A stretch of 55,081 nt of DNA from Candidatus Tectimicrobiota bacterium (GTDB lineage: Bacteria > JACPUC01). Of this stretch, positions 10,059 to 19,297 are shown in pieces; within the stretch, counting starts at the first letter, position 1, and each line of letters opens with the position of its first letter. The notes beneath the pieces are model-generated. The model was not told the DNA's origin. It saw only the letters and a program-made list of their open reading frames with translations, and searched no databases. The position numbers were made by a program, and so were the translations under genes. The stretch is from assembly GCA_016192455.1 (NCBI GenBank), contig JACPUC010000003.1, forward strand, positions 310,001 through 365,081. The letters are read 5' to 3'.

Positions 10059-10072
10059 GTGGTCATCTCGTC

Positions 10073-10451
10073 CTAGTGTTACGGCAGACACATTCCATCC
10101 TTCATCGGACGCCTTCTTCGGGCCATGTGGTGGGGGAGTTTTTGCGGAAGACCCTCCGCCGCCGACGTGGCCGGAGACGAGCCGCTCCTCGGGAGATCCC
10201 GCCGCCGCGGCTAGGGGAATCGTCCGCAGATTACACGGATGACGCAGATTGAATCTGCGCAATCTGCGCAATCTGCGGATCACTCGGGAGAGATCGTGAA
10301 CCTGCGCGAATGCCTCGCCACGCGCCTCCTTTGTTTCCCCACACCCCCTGTTCCGTAGGGGCGGTTCGCGAACCGCCCCTACCAGTCGGGGTGCGCGAGG
10401 GGGCGAGGCTCCCTCGCAAATTGTTGCGATAGAATTTGTGAAACAGCACAC
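10073..10451. mobile_element. MITE-like composite repeat copy (inverted relative to 15852-16238)
   Basis: Ends CTAGTGTTACG and GTGAAACAGCACAC; about 250 bp near-identical in reverse to 15965-16220; GTAG REP at 10355-10382. Confidence 0.75.
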
Positions 10452-10786
10452 GAGGCGCGGAGCGCCTCGCCCGTGGTTCGCGCCCGCCCCTCCTGCACTC
10501 CTCCAGCCAGCGTAAACTTTGGCGCGCGTCGCTGCAAGGGCTGAGGGCATGGCCGCGTCCGTTTGGAGGGGCGGAGGCGTCGGTTGTGAACAGGGGCGAG
10601 CGGGGAATGAATCTTGCTGTCGTTCCTGTTCGAGATGCTGTGTTCGCGCTGGCACGGGACCATGCGCGTGGCTATCTTGTAGAGTAAAGGGAGCGGCACG
10701 GGAGGCGTGGCGGCCGCGGCGTCTCGGCCGCCGGGGCGCCGGACACGGCCCGCGGGGTGACGCGCTCCACGGCAGAGGACCAGCGC

Positions 10787-12406
10787 ATGCTGGACGTCTA
10801 CATCGCAGGAGCCGGCATGACGCGCTTCGGGAAGCGCCCGGAGCCGCTCAGCGTCCTGGTGCGCGAGGCCGCCGAGATGGCCCTGCGCGCCGCCGGCCAG
10901 GGGGCGGTGGAGGCCCTCTACGTCGGCGTCATGAATGCCGAGCAGTTCACCGGCGACAGCAACGTCGCCAGCGAGCTGGTGGACGCGCTCGATCTCACCG
11001 GCATCCCGGCGGTGCGCCTGGAGACCGCTTCGGCGACCGGGGCGGCGGTCTTCCACGCCGCGGCCCAGGCGGTGGCGGCGCGGGTGTACCAGAGCGTGCT
11101 GGTGGTGGCGGGCGAGAAGATGACCGATCGGCCGGCGCCGCTGGTCACCGGCATCCTCGCCGAGGTGCTCGATCGCGACGAACGCCTCTGCGGCCTCAGC
11201 ATGCCCGCCGCGGCGGCGCTGATCACCCTGCGCTACGCCAGCGAGCAGCGCCTGACGCCCGAGCAGCTCAGCAAGGTGCTGGCGCGCATCGCCGTGAAGA
11301 ACCACGCGAACGGCGCCCTCAACCCCTATGCGCAGTTCCGCCAGGGCCTCAGCGAGGAGCACTACCTGAGAAGCGCCTTCGTGGCGGACCCCCTGCGCCT
11401 CTACGATTGCGCCCCGATCTCGGACGGCGCGGCGGCGCTGGTCCTCACCTCGACGCCGCGCCCCGTGCGCGTGCTGGGGCTGGGGAACGGCACCGACTAC
11501 GTGGCGCTGCGGCTGCGGCGCAGCCTCACCTCCTTCGAGGCCACCAGGCGGGCGGCGGAGCTGGCCTTCCGCATGGCGCGCCTCACCCCGGCGGCGATTG
11601 ACCTGGCCGAGGTGCACGACGCCTTCACCTCGTTCGAGCTGATCGGCTGCGAGGACCTGGGTCTCTTCGCCCCCGGCGAGGCCCTGAAGGAAATGGAACG
11701 GGGCGCCACCGAGCTGCGCGGGCGACTCCCCGTCAATCCCTCCGGCGGCCTCAAGGCGCGCGGCCATCCGGTGGGGGCGTCCGGCCTGGCGCAGATCGTC
11801 GAGCTCACCTGGCAGCTCGAGCAGTCCCTCCCCGCCGAGCGCCGCGTGCCGCGCGCCGAGTGCGCCCTCGCCCAGAGCATCGGCGGGCTGGCGAGCAACA
11901 ACTTCGTCACCATCCTGGGCAAATCGCGCGCCGGGCCGCTCGCCGCGGCGGGGCGGTGGAGCAGCGCCGCGCCGCGGGCCGTTGCCGACTCCGCCAAGGG
12001 TGGTGCCGGTGCCAATGGGGCGCGGCGGTCGAGCGGGGCCCCGAGCCAGGGGGGCGAGCGGCCGAAGGCGCGCCCGCGGCAGGAAGGCATCGACGCCGTG
12101 GGCGAGGTGGAGACCTTCACCATCTCGCGCCGACCGCCGGCGGGGTTCCCCGCGCCGCTCGTGCTGGCGATCGTGCGCGACCGCTTCGGACGGCGAGCCG
12201 TGGCGCGGACGCGGAACAATTTGCCGGTGCGCATCGGCCAGCAGGTCTACATCACCACGAAGGGGGGCGTCCACGAGCTGGCGCCGAAGAGCAGGCTGCG
12301 CCGCCTCGGCGTCCTGGCGCGGCGGCAGTATCGACGCCTCAGGCAGCGTCTGCCGGGTGGCGTGCGCCGCGCCGCGAGCGATGACGCGGCGGGACGCGCC
12401 GCCTGA
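10787..12406 (+). CDS. SCP2/archaeal-type thiolase-like protein fused to a C-terminal DUF35-like OB-fold
   Basis: GMTRFGK, GEKM, KNHANG..NPYAQF, DCAPISDGAAA, EVHDAFT, GHPVGASG; Gly/Ala linker then GEVETFTISRRPPAGFPAPLVLAIV. Confidence 0.85.
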   Translation: MLDVYIAGAGMTRFGKRPEPLSVLVREAAEMALRAAGQGAVEALYVGVMNAEQFTGDSNVASELVDALDLTGIPAVRLETASATGAAVFHAAAQAVAARVYQSVLVVAGEKMTDRPAPLVTGILAEVLDRDERLCGLSMPAAAALITLRYASEQRLTPEQLSKVLARIAVKNHANGALNPYAQFRQGLSEEHYLRSAFVADPLRLYDCAPISDGAAALVLTSTPRPVRVLGLGNGTDYVALRLRRSLTSFEATRRAAELAFRMARLTPAAIDLAEVHDAFTSFELIGCEDLGLFAPGEALKEMERGATELRGRLPVNPSGGLKARGHPVGASGLAQIVELTWQLEQSLPAERRVPRAECALAQSIGGLASNNFVTILGKSRAGPLAAAGRWSSAAPRAVADSAKGGAGANGARRSSGAPSQGGERPKARPRQEGIDAVGEVETFTISRRPPAGFPAPLVLAIVRDRFGRRAVARTRNNLPVRIGQQVYITTKGGVHELAPKSRLRRLGVLARRQYRRLRQRLPGGVRRAASDDAAGRAA

Positions 12407-12469
12407 GTCGCCGCGCCGTCCTCATCTCCTCGCACTCACGCCGGGCCGGCAGGGAAACGCCGCGCCTCC

Positions 12470-12931
12470 TCACTCCTCCTCGATGGCGCCGCTGAAGGAG
12501 AGGGCGATGCCGCGCTTCACGCTGTTGGCGGCCGGGCAGCCCGCCTCATGCACGGCGAGGGCGCGCTCGGCCTCCCGCCGTTTCCCTTTCGGCACCTTCA
12601 CGTGGTAGGTGATGCGGATGTCGGTGATGAGGGGCCGGCCGTCAACCTTCTCGATGACGCCCTCGACCTCGGACCAGAGCTTGTTCGGTGAGCTGGGTAT
12701 GCCGCGCGCCTCCAGCGCGCCCCCGAGGGTGCCGGTCATTCAGCCGGCGACGGCGGCGATGAGATGGTCGAGGGTGGTGGGGCGGTCCTCCACCGCGTCG
12801 AGGCCGTACAGGTGCTTGATGCCGCCGTGCACGCCGTAGGTGATGGGCTCGAAACCCTCGATGTAGGCGCGGCGGATGGGGGTCGCGTCCTTGTAGATTT
12901 TTACCCTCGTGGTGTGCAGAATCTCTCCCAT
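12470..12931 (-). CDS. OsmC/Ohr-family protein with in-frame TGA (probable selenocysteine), 153 aa
   Basis: GAGGAG RBS and ATG 12931; PTTLDHLIAAVAG-TGA(12742-12740)-MTGTLGGALEARG...HEAGCPAANSV. TGA sits at the first catalytic Cys. Confidence 0.85.
12704..12720 (-). promoter_or_regulatory. Putative bacterial SECIS hairpin
   Basis: GCGCGC-TGGAG-GCGCGC stem-loop; G-containing loop begins 25 nt after the in-frame TGA. Confidence 0.6.
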
Positions 12932-13168
12932 GGGCTCCTCCTGAACTGTGGCGCGGGCGTCGGCGGGGCGCGCGTTGCTGGGGGCGCGCCGCGGTTGGTC
13001 GTACTGTAGCAACTCCGCGCCCCGACGCGCAAAGGTCCTGTGCGGCCGGGAGCGCGCTGCGGCGGCGCCTCGGCGCCGGGGGCTTGTTCCGCTGCCGCAG
13101 GGTTCACTACAATAGGAGGGCCGGCAGAAGAGTTTCCCGCAGGACGCTTGCGCTGACGAGGTTCCGCC

Positions 13169-14191
13169 ATGCCTGCCAACCTCACCCCGCAGTACCACGC
13201 CGCCGAGCAGGTCTTCCGCGAGGCGAAGACGACGGAGGAGAAGATTGCCGGGCTCGAGGAGATGCTGCGGCTCATCCCGAAGCATAAGGGGAGCGAGAAG
13301 CTGCAGGCCGATCTGAAGAGGCGGCTCTCGAAGCTGCGGCATGAGGAGCAGAAGACAGCGGGGGGCAAGCGCGCCGGGCACCGCATTCCGCGGCAGGGAG
13401 CGGGGCAGGTGCCCCTCGTCGGCGCGCCGAACGTCGGCAAATCGGCGCTGCTGTGCGCTCTCACCCAGGCCAGGTCCGAGGTGGCCCCCTACCCGATGAC
13501 CACCTTCACGCCGACGCCGGGGATGATGCCGTTCGAGGATGTCCAGATTCAGCTCATCGACCTGCCGCCGTTGCTGGCGGACCACGTGGAGTCCTGGGTC
13601 TTCGAGCTCATTCGGCCGGCGGACCTTCTCCTCCTCCTGGTCGATCTCACCGCGGTCGATCCGCTCCAGCAGGTGGACGGCGTGTGCGAGCAGCTCGCCG
13701 GCAAGCGCATCGCCGTGTATGGGGCGCCTGCCTGCGGGGGGACCGGCAACGGGCCGGAGGGGATAGGGGAGGCGCCGCCGGGCGGCGTGGCGAAGCCGAC
13801 GCTCCTCGTCGGCACGAAGCTCGATGGCGCCAAGGCGGACGACAACGCAGACTTCCTGCGGGAGTACTACGCCGGGCGCTTCCCGTTCGTCGCCGTCACG
13901 ATCGCGGATGCCCCGACCCTCGAAAGCTTCCGCAGGACCGTCTTCACGGCGCTCAGGGTGTTGCGCGTCTACACCAAGGCGCCGGGCAGGAAAGAGGAGC
14001 GCGGCGTCCCCTACGTGCTGCCGCAGGGCTCGACGGTGTGGGAGGTGGCGAATCTCGTGCACAAGGAGGTGGCGGCGAGCCTGAAGTATGCCCGCATCTG
14101 GGGGGCGCGCGCCTATGATGGGCAGCGGGTGACGCGCGACTACGTCGTGCAGGATGGGGACCTCATCGAGCTGCATGTCGGCGGCGCCTGA
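13169..14191 (+). CDS. DRG-like OBG-family GTPase with C-terminal TGS domain
   Basis: N-terminal PKHKGSEKLQADLKRRLSKL, G1 GAPNVGKS, G2 YPMTT, G4 TKLD, TGS RVYTK...ARIWG..GQRV..D.VVQDGD. Confidence 0.9.
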   Translation: MPANLTPQYHAAEQVFREAKTTEEKIAGLEEMLRLIPKHKGSEKLQADLKRRLSKLRHEEQKTAGGKRAGHRIPRQGAGQVPLVGAPNVGKSALLCALTQARSEVAPYPMTTFTPTPGMMPFEDVQIQLIDLPPLLADHVESWVFELIRPADLLLLLVDLTAVDPLQQVDGVCEQLAGKRIAVYGAPACGGTGNGPEGIGEAPPGGVAKPTLLVGTKLDGAKADDNADFLREYYAGRFPFVAVTIADAPTLESFRRTVFTALRVLRVYTKAPGRKEERGVPYVLPQGSTVWEVANLVHKEVAASLKYARIWGARAYDGQRVTRDYVVQDGDLIELHVGGA

Positions 14192-14269
14192 GGCCGGCCG
14201 CGCCGAGTCTGCGACAGCGCGGGCCGCCCGCTGAGGCGCAACGGCTGCTGACTCCGGCGCGCGGCGAGT

Positions 14270-14810
14270 CTCCTCCGCCTCCGCGCTCTCCGCGCCTCCG
14301 CGGTTACATGGATTGCACCGCGGAGACGCAGAGGACGCGGAGAAGGGAGAGGAAGAAACAACCGGTGGACGCGGGTTCACACAAATATCAGTGTCCATCC
14401 GTGTTCATCAGTGGTTCTTTGCATCCCGCTGGTAGGGGCGGTTCGCGAACCGCCCCTACGGTCACCGGGCGGCGCGCCTGCTGCTTACAAAACAGGCTCG
14501 GAGGCGATTGAGGTCACGTGGCGGTGAGGCGGACGGTCCTACCCAATGTGCGCCAGGCTGGACGCCTGTCCGGCACGCTCAGCGCTCTCCGCGCCTCCGC
14601 GGTTCAATCGAATGCACCGCGGAGACGCAGAGGACGCGGAGAAGGCAAGGGAAAGAACCACGGATAGACACGGATGTACACAGATATCAGTGTCCATCCG
14701 TGTTCATCAGTGGTTCTTGGCATCTCGCTGGTAGGGGCGGGGCTTGCCCCGCCCTCCGAGCCGCCTCCTCCGAGCCGCCACGCCGGGGCGCGGCAAGCGG
14801 CGCGCCCACA
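14270..14810. repeat. Tandem hairpin-repeat cluster (second locus)
   Basis: Two units homologous to 8820-9257; GTAG REPs at 14432-14459 and 14731-14754. Confidence 0.8.
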
Positions 14811-14956
14811 CCCAGGATGCCGAACCCTTTGACATGAGAGACGGTCGCTCCCGGTAAGCCCCAAGTTCATCGCTTCGCGGGCGGGCCGGAGGCCCATCGG
14901 GAACTGCTTCTCCTCCCCCCCGGTCCTCTTTCTCTATCCCGACGCCCGAGCCCAGC

Positions 14957-15838
14957 ATGCCGACCATCTCCGCCGAAGTCTTTGCCCTCCTGAACGCCCT
15001 CTTCTATTCCGTCGCCGATGTCTCCCTGCGCGGCGCGCTGCGCTTCGCCTCGCCGGCCACCTGCATGGCGGGGATGCGCCTGAGCCAGTTCCTCTTCTAC
15101 GCCGTGCTAGTGCTCGTCATCCAGGGCGTGCCGTCGCCGCCCGCCGCGGGAGTGGCCTGGTTCGTCGTCGCCGGCCTGGTCAGCCCGGCCCTCTTCAACA
15201 TGCTCTATATCATCGGCATGAACCGCATCGGGATTGCCCGCGCCTCGCCGATCAAGGGCGCCTCTCCCCTCTTCGGCACCGCCGCCGCGGTGCTCATGTT
15301 GGGGGAGCGCCCCCTGCCGATCCACCTCCTGGGGATTCTCTTCGTGGCGGCCGGCATCGCCGCCATCTCGTTGGAGCCGCCGACGACGGCGGAGCGGAGC
15401 TGGAGACGGCGCGACGCCCTCTTCCCGATCGCCGCGGCCTGCTGCTCCGGGGTGGGGGCGGTCCTCTTCAAGTTCGGCCTGGCGGTCTACCCGGCGCCGC
15501 TGGCGGGGGCCACGCTGGCCTCGCTGTCGGCCGCCGTGGCGACCTGGGCGGCGATCCTCGCCGTCGGCCGTTTCCAGCCGCGCCAACTGCGCACGAAGGC
15601 CGGCCCCCTGGTGCTGCTGGCCGGCAGCATCGGCGGCACGGGGATGTTCTTCCACCTTGCGGCGCTGCAGGTCGGCGCCGTCTCGGTGGTGCTGCCGCTG
15701 GTGCAGATTTCGCCGCTCCTGACGGTGGGGATCGCGTTCTTCTTTCTGCATGGACTGGAAAGGGTGACGCTGCGCATTGTCCTGGGCGCCCTGCTGACTG
15801 TCGCCGGTGGCGTGCTGGTAACCGCCTTCCATGGGTAG
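14957..15838 (+). CDS. EamA/DMT family transporter
   Basis: 293 aa; RIGIARASPI..SPLF..LGER and GAVSVVLPLVQISPL..LERVT repeats. Confidence 0.88.
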   Translation: MPTISAEVFALLNALFYSVADVSLRGALRFASPATCMAGMRLSQFLFYAVLVLVIQGVPSPPAAGVAWFVVAGLVSPALFNMLYIIGMNRIGIARASPIKGASPLFGTAAAVLMLGERPLPIHLLGILFVAAGIAAISLEPPTTAERSWRRRDALFPIAAACCSGVGAVLFKFGLAVYPAPLAGATLASLSAAVATWAAILAVGRFQPRQLRTKAGPLVLLAGSIGGTGMFFHLAALQVGAVSVVLPLVQISPLLTVGIAFFFLHGLERVTLRIVLGALLTVAGGVLVTAFHG

Positions 15839-15851
15839 GCGGAGGCGGGGC

Positions 15852-16238
15852 CAGTGTGCTGTTTCACACAATCTATCGCAAGAATTTGCGAGGGAGCCTC
15901 GCCCTCTCGCGCACCCCTCACCCCTGGCCCCTCTCCCAATGGGAGAGGGAACGGGTGAGGGAGGGGTGTGGGGAAGCAAAGGAGGCGCGTGGCGAGGCGT
16001 TCGCGCAGGTTCACGATCTCTCCCGAGTGATCCGCAGATTTCGCAGATTGCGCAAATTCAATCTGCGTCATCCGTGTAATCTGCGGACGATTCCCCTAGC
16101 CGCGGCGGCGGCGGGAGCTCCAGAGGAGCGGCTCGTCTCCGGCCACGTCGGCGGCGGAGGGTCTGCCGCAAAAACTCCGCCACCACATGGCCCGAAGAAG
16201 GCGTCCGATGAAGGATGGAATTGGTGTGACGCAACTCT
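15852..16238. mobile_element. MITE-like composite repeat copy
   Basis: Starts CAGTGTGCTGTTTCAC, ends GTGACGCAAC; contains the CCCTCTCCCAATGGGAGAGGG hairpin and CGCAGATT/AATCTGCG hairpins. Confidence 0.75.
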
Positions 16239-16638
16239 CGACGGCGGCGGCGACAAGGGAGGCCCCGGCGGACAGCGCGCCCGCCGCGGCTGGACGCGAA
16301 AAATTGCCCAAATCCCGAAGTTTTGGTTCAACAAGATGCGACATTGTGTCGATATGTCTTAGAGCACGGAGGGCCGGGGGCTGACCTGACGCTGGAGGGC
16401 GACCGGGGGTGTGATCCGTCTCGCCTTCTGCCGGCCTTGCGATCCCTCGTGGCAAGCAGGGCTGGGGCGGGCCGCCGGTTCGCGCCCCCGCACGGAGGTG
16501 GAGGGCGACTTCGAAGGGCACGACCAGGGCTGCCGGGGCGCGCGGCCGGCGCGGAGCCGGGCTTCACGCCCCTGGCTGGCGCGGCAGGAAGGCTTGCCCA
16601 GAGCCGCGAGTTGATGGTGTGCCTGATGCTGCGGGGCG

Positions 16639-17832
16639 GTGGCTGTGAGAAAGTATGCGCCGAGACGACGTGATGACGCCGGAGTAGAGCTGCAACGCGG
16701 CGAAGCATGGATGAGGGCGCCCGGGCTGGAGGGCTTGCTTGCCCCGGCTCCGGCGGCGCTGGGGAACGGCGCCGCCGATGAGAGCCACGCGGCAGCTTCC
16801 CCGATCCCGCCCCAGTCCTCCTCTCCCCTCGCGGCGGAGAGCCTCTCGGGCGCGGCGACGGGTTCACCCGGCCGCGTCGAGCAGCGCGGCCGGCTGCCCG
16901 CCGCGCCGGGCTCCGGGTCGCTGGTTGATTTCCTCGCCGACGCGAACGACGAGCACATCAGCATCCTCGTCGTTGACGATGAGCCGGCCATCACCATGCT
17001 CATGGCGCAGGTCTGCAAGCGCCTGCGCTACAAGTTCGACTGCGCGGGAAACGCCGAGGAGGCCTTGCAGAAGTTCCGCGCCGGCGACTTCCACATCATT
17101 GTGGCGGATATCGGCCTGCCCGGCATCGACGGGCTGGAGCTGATGCGCCTCATGAAGCGTGAGCAGCCCAGCGTCGATGTCATCATCGTGACGGGCTACG
17201 TGAGCACCCACAGCTATGCCGCGGTGGTGCGCCACGGCGCCAGCGACTTCCTCGCCAAGCCCTTTGCGATCGACGAGTTCCAGGCCAAGGTGCAGCGGGT
17301 CATCCGGGAGCGGCGGCTGATCGCGGAGCTGGAGCGCAAGAGCGCGCTTCTCAAGGAGCTCTCCATCACCGACGACCTGACGAGCTTGTATAACTACCGC
17401 TGCTTCAATCGGGAGCTGCGCCAGGAGATGACGCGGGCGCGCCGGCAGGGAACCGATCTCTCCCTCCTCCTCCTCGATCTCGACCGCTTCAAGGACTACA
17501 ACGATCAGCACGGACATCGCGCCGGCGATGAGCTGCTGCGCTCGATCGGCGCTCACCTCCCCGGCCTCGTCCGCCACGAGGTTGACAAAGTCTTCCGCTA
17601 TGGAGGCGACGAGTTCGCCGTCCTCCTGGTGCAGACGACGCTGGCGCAGGCCACGGAGATTGCCGAAGAGATCTTCGCTTCCTGCGCCGTGGAGTTCCCG
17701 CTGACGCTGTTCAGCATCGGGGTGGCGCAGCTCGGCGGGGAGATGTCGCTGGAGGAGTTCTTCGAGGCGGCGGATCGGGCGATGTATCAAGCAAAACTAA
17801 GCGGCGGCAAGCGCGTCTGCGTGGCCGCCTGA
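16639..17832 (+). CDS. Response regulator (REC) - diguanylate cyclase (GGDEF); true start may be downstream (e.g. 16711)
   Basis: ILVVDDE, ADIGLPGIDG, LAKPF; TDDLTSLYN, DLDRFKDYND..GH..GD, RYGGDEF intact. Confidence 0.9.
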   Translation: MAVRKYAPRRRDDAGVELQRGEAWMRAPGLEGLLAPAPAALGNGAADESHAAASPIPPQSSSPLAAESLSGAATGSPGRVEQRGRLPAAPGSGSLVDFLADANDEHISILVVDDEPAITMLMAQVCKRLRYKFDCAGNAEEALQKFRAGDFHIIVADIGLPGIDGLELMRLMKREQPSVDVIIVTGYVSTHSYAAVVRHGASDFLAKPFAIDEFQAKVQRVIRERRLIAELERKSALLKELSITDDLTSLYNYRCFNRELRQEMTRARRQGTDLSLLLLDLDRFKDYNDQHGHRAGDELLRSIGAHLPGLVRHEVDKVFRYGGDEFAVLLVQTTLAQATEIAEEIFASCAVEFPLTLFSIGVAQLGGEMSLEEFFEAADRAMYQAKLSGGKRVCVAA

Positions 17833-17929
17833 GGCCGGGCCGGGCGGACCTCGGCCGCGGCCGCCGCGCGCGCCGCGGTTGGTGGGGCCCAGGCGTTCCA
17901 GAGCGGGCCCCACGTTCGCCGCCGCGGCC

Positions 17930-18961
17930 TCAGTTCATCTCCAGCACCAGCTTCCCGAAGGCGCTGCGCGTCTCCATGGCGCGCTGCGCCTCGTGCGCCC
18001 CATCCAGCGGGAACACCTGGTGGATGATGGTGCGCAGCTTGCCTTGGCTGATGAGCTTGAGCACCTCGACGAGCTCGCGTTTCGTGCCGTAGTAGGAGCC
18101 GAGGAGGGAGACCTGCTTCGAGAAGAGACGCCAGATGTCGATGGTCCCCATATGCCCCGTATGCGCGCCGCAGGTCACCAGCCGCCCATTGCGGGCCAGG
18201 CTGGCGATGCTTTTCTCCCAGGTGGCCGTGCCGACGTGCTCGAAGACCACATCAACGCCGCGCTTGTTGGTGATGCGGCGCACCTCCTCGTAGATGTCCT
18301 GCTCGCGGTGGTTGATCACCACGTCGGCGCCAAGGGTCTTGGCCTTCGTGAGCTTCACGTCCGATCCCGCCGTGGCGATGACGCGCGCCCCGGAAAACTT
18401 GGCGATCTGCACGGCGATGCTGCCGATGCCGCTGCCGGCGGCGAGGATCAGGACATCCTCGCCCGCCTTCACCTGTGCCCGCGTCACCAGCATGTGCCAG
18501 GCCGTCAGGCCGGAGAGCGGCGCCCCCGCCGCATCGAGGAAGGAGACGCCGTTGGGCAGCGGCACGATGTTCTTCACCGGAATGCACGTGTACTCCGCGT
18601 AGCCGCCGTCCAGGTTCAGCCCCAGGGACTGGTTGTTGATGCAGATGTTCTCCTCGGCGGTGAGGCAATACTCGCAGCGCCCGCAGCCGACGCGGCTCAA
18701 GGCCACCACGGCCTGCCCGACGTCGATGCTGTCGACCATGTCGCCGCGCTCCACCACCTCCCCGGTGATCTCCACCCCCGGGATGCGCGGCAGGGCGATC
18801 TTCACCGGCAGCTTCCCATCGCGCGCCAAAATATCAACGTAGTTCACGCCGCAGGTCTTCACCTTCACGAGCACGTCGTTCGGTCCGATCTGCGGCGTCT
18901 CCACCTCTTCATACCTCAAGACATCAGACGTACCATGCTTGTGGTAACGAATCGCCTTCAT
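17930..18961 (-). CDS. Zn-binding MDR alcohol dehydrogenase/quinone oxidoreductase
   Basis: MKAIRY, TCGVNYVD, CGRCEYC..C structural Zn site, GSGIG, GVDVVFEHVG, FGKLVL. Confidence 0.92.
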   Translation of the reverse strand: MKAIRYHKHGTSDVLRYEEVETPQIGPNDVLVKVKTCGVNYVDILARDGKLPVKIALPRIPGVEITGEVVERGDMVDSIDVGQAVVALSRVGCGRCEYCLTAEENICINNQSLGLNLDGGYAEYTCIPVKNIVPLPNGVSFLDAAGAPLSGLTAWHMLVTRAQVKAGEDVLILAAGSGIGSIAVQIAKFSGARVIATAGSDVKLTKAKTLGADVVINHREQDIYEEVRRITNKRGVDVVFEHVGTATWEKSIASLARNGRLVTCGAHTGHMGTIDIWRLFSKQVSLLGSYYGTKRELVEVLKLISQGKLRTIIHQVFPLDGAHEAQRAMETRSAFGKLVLEMN

Positions 18962-19222
18962 GAAAAGTGCTCCGTCCAAATTCCCTGCCGGTCCGCCGGC
19001 GGGACCTGCCATGAGCCTAGCCTGGCGTGTTGCGTAAGCCGATTTCGGCTCGTCCCCGGCGCCCGAGCGCCTGCGCCCGCCACGGCGCGCCTGGGGCGCC
19101 GGGCCGAACCAGGCGTATAAGGTAGCATTGGCGCGCCCACCTCGCAAGCCGTGGATTCGCGGTTCCCGGCGGCAGCGAAACCCTCGCGCACAGCTTTAAG
19201 ATGAAAAAAAGTGAGAAGATGC

Positions 19223-19251
19223 TTGTCAAGTCTTCCATATGATGGTATCCT
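19223..19251 (+). promoter_or_regulatory. Putative sigma70 promoter of the GAF-GGDEF/mreB-like pair
   Basis: TTGTCA-17 nt-TATCCT with TG extension, in an AT-rich patch. Confidence 0.6.
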
Positions 19252-19297
19252 TGTTTCTAACGATTGATATGTAACATCCTGTTTTTTGGAATGATTC

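Noticed and set aside
10059-10655. N-terminal extensions and small ORFs containing VGAVREPPL or GGSRTAPT
   Set aside because: These are translations of REP/MITE DNA, not protein repeats; starts were moved downstream
12470-12739. Stand-alone 89-aa ORF or nonsense pseudogene
   Set aside because: The TGA falls at the catalytic Cys with a downstream hairpin and both halves are intact, so Sec readthrough explains it better
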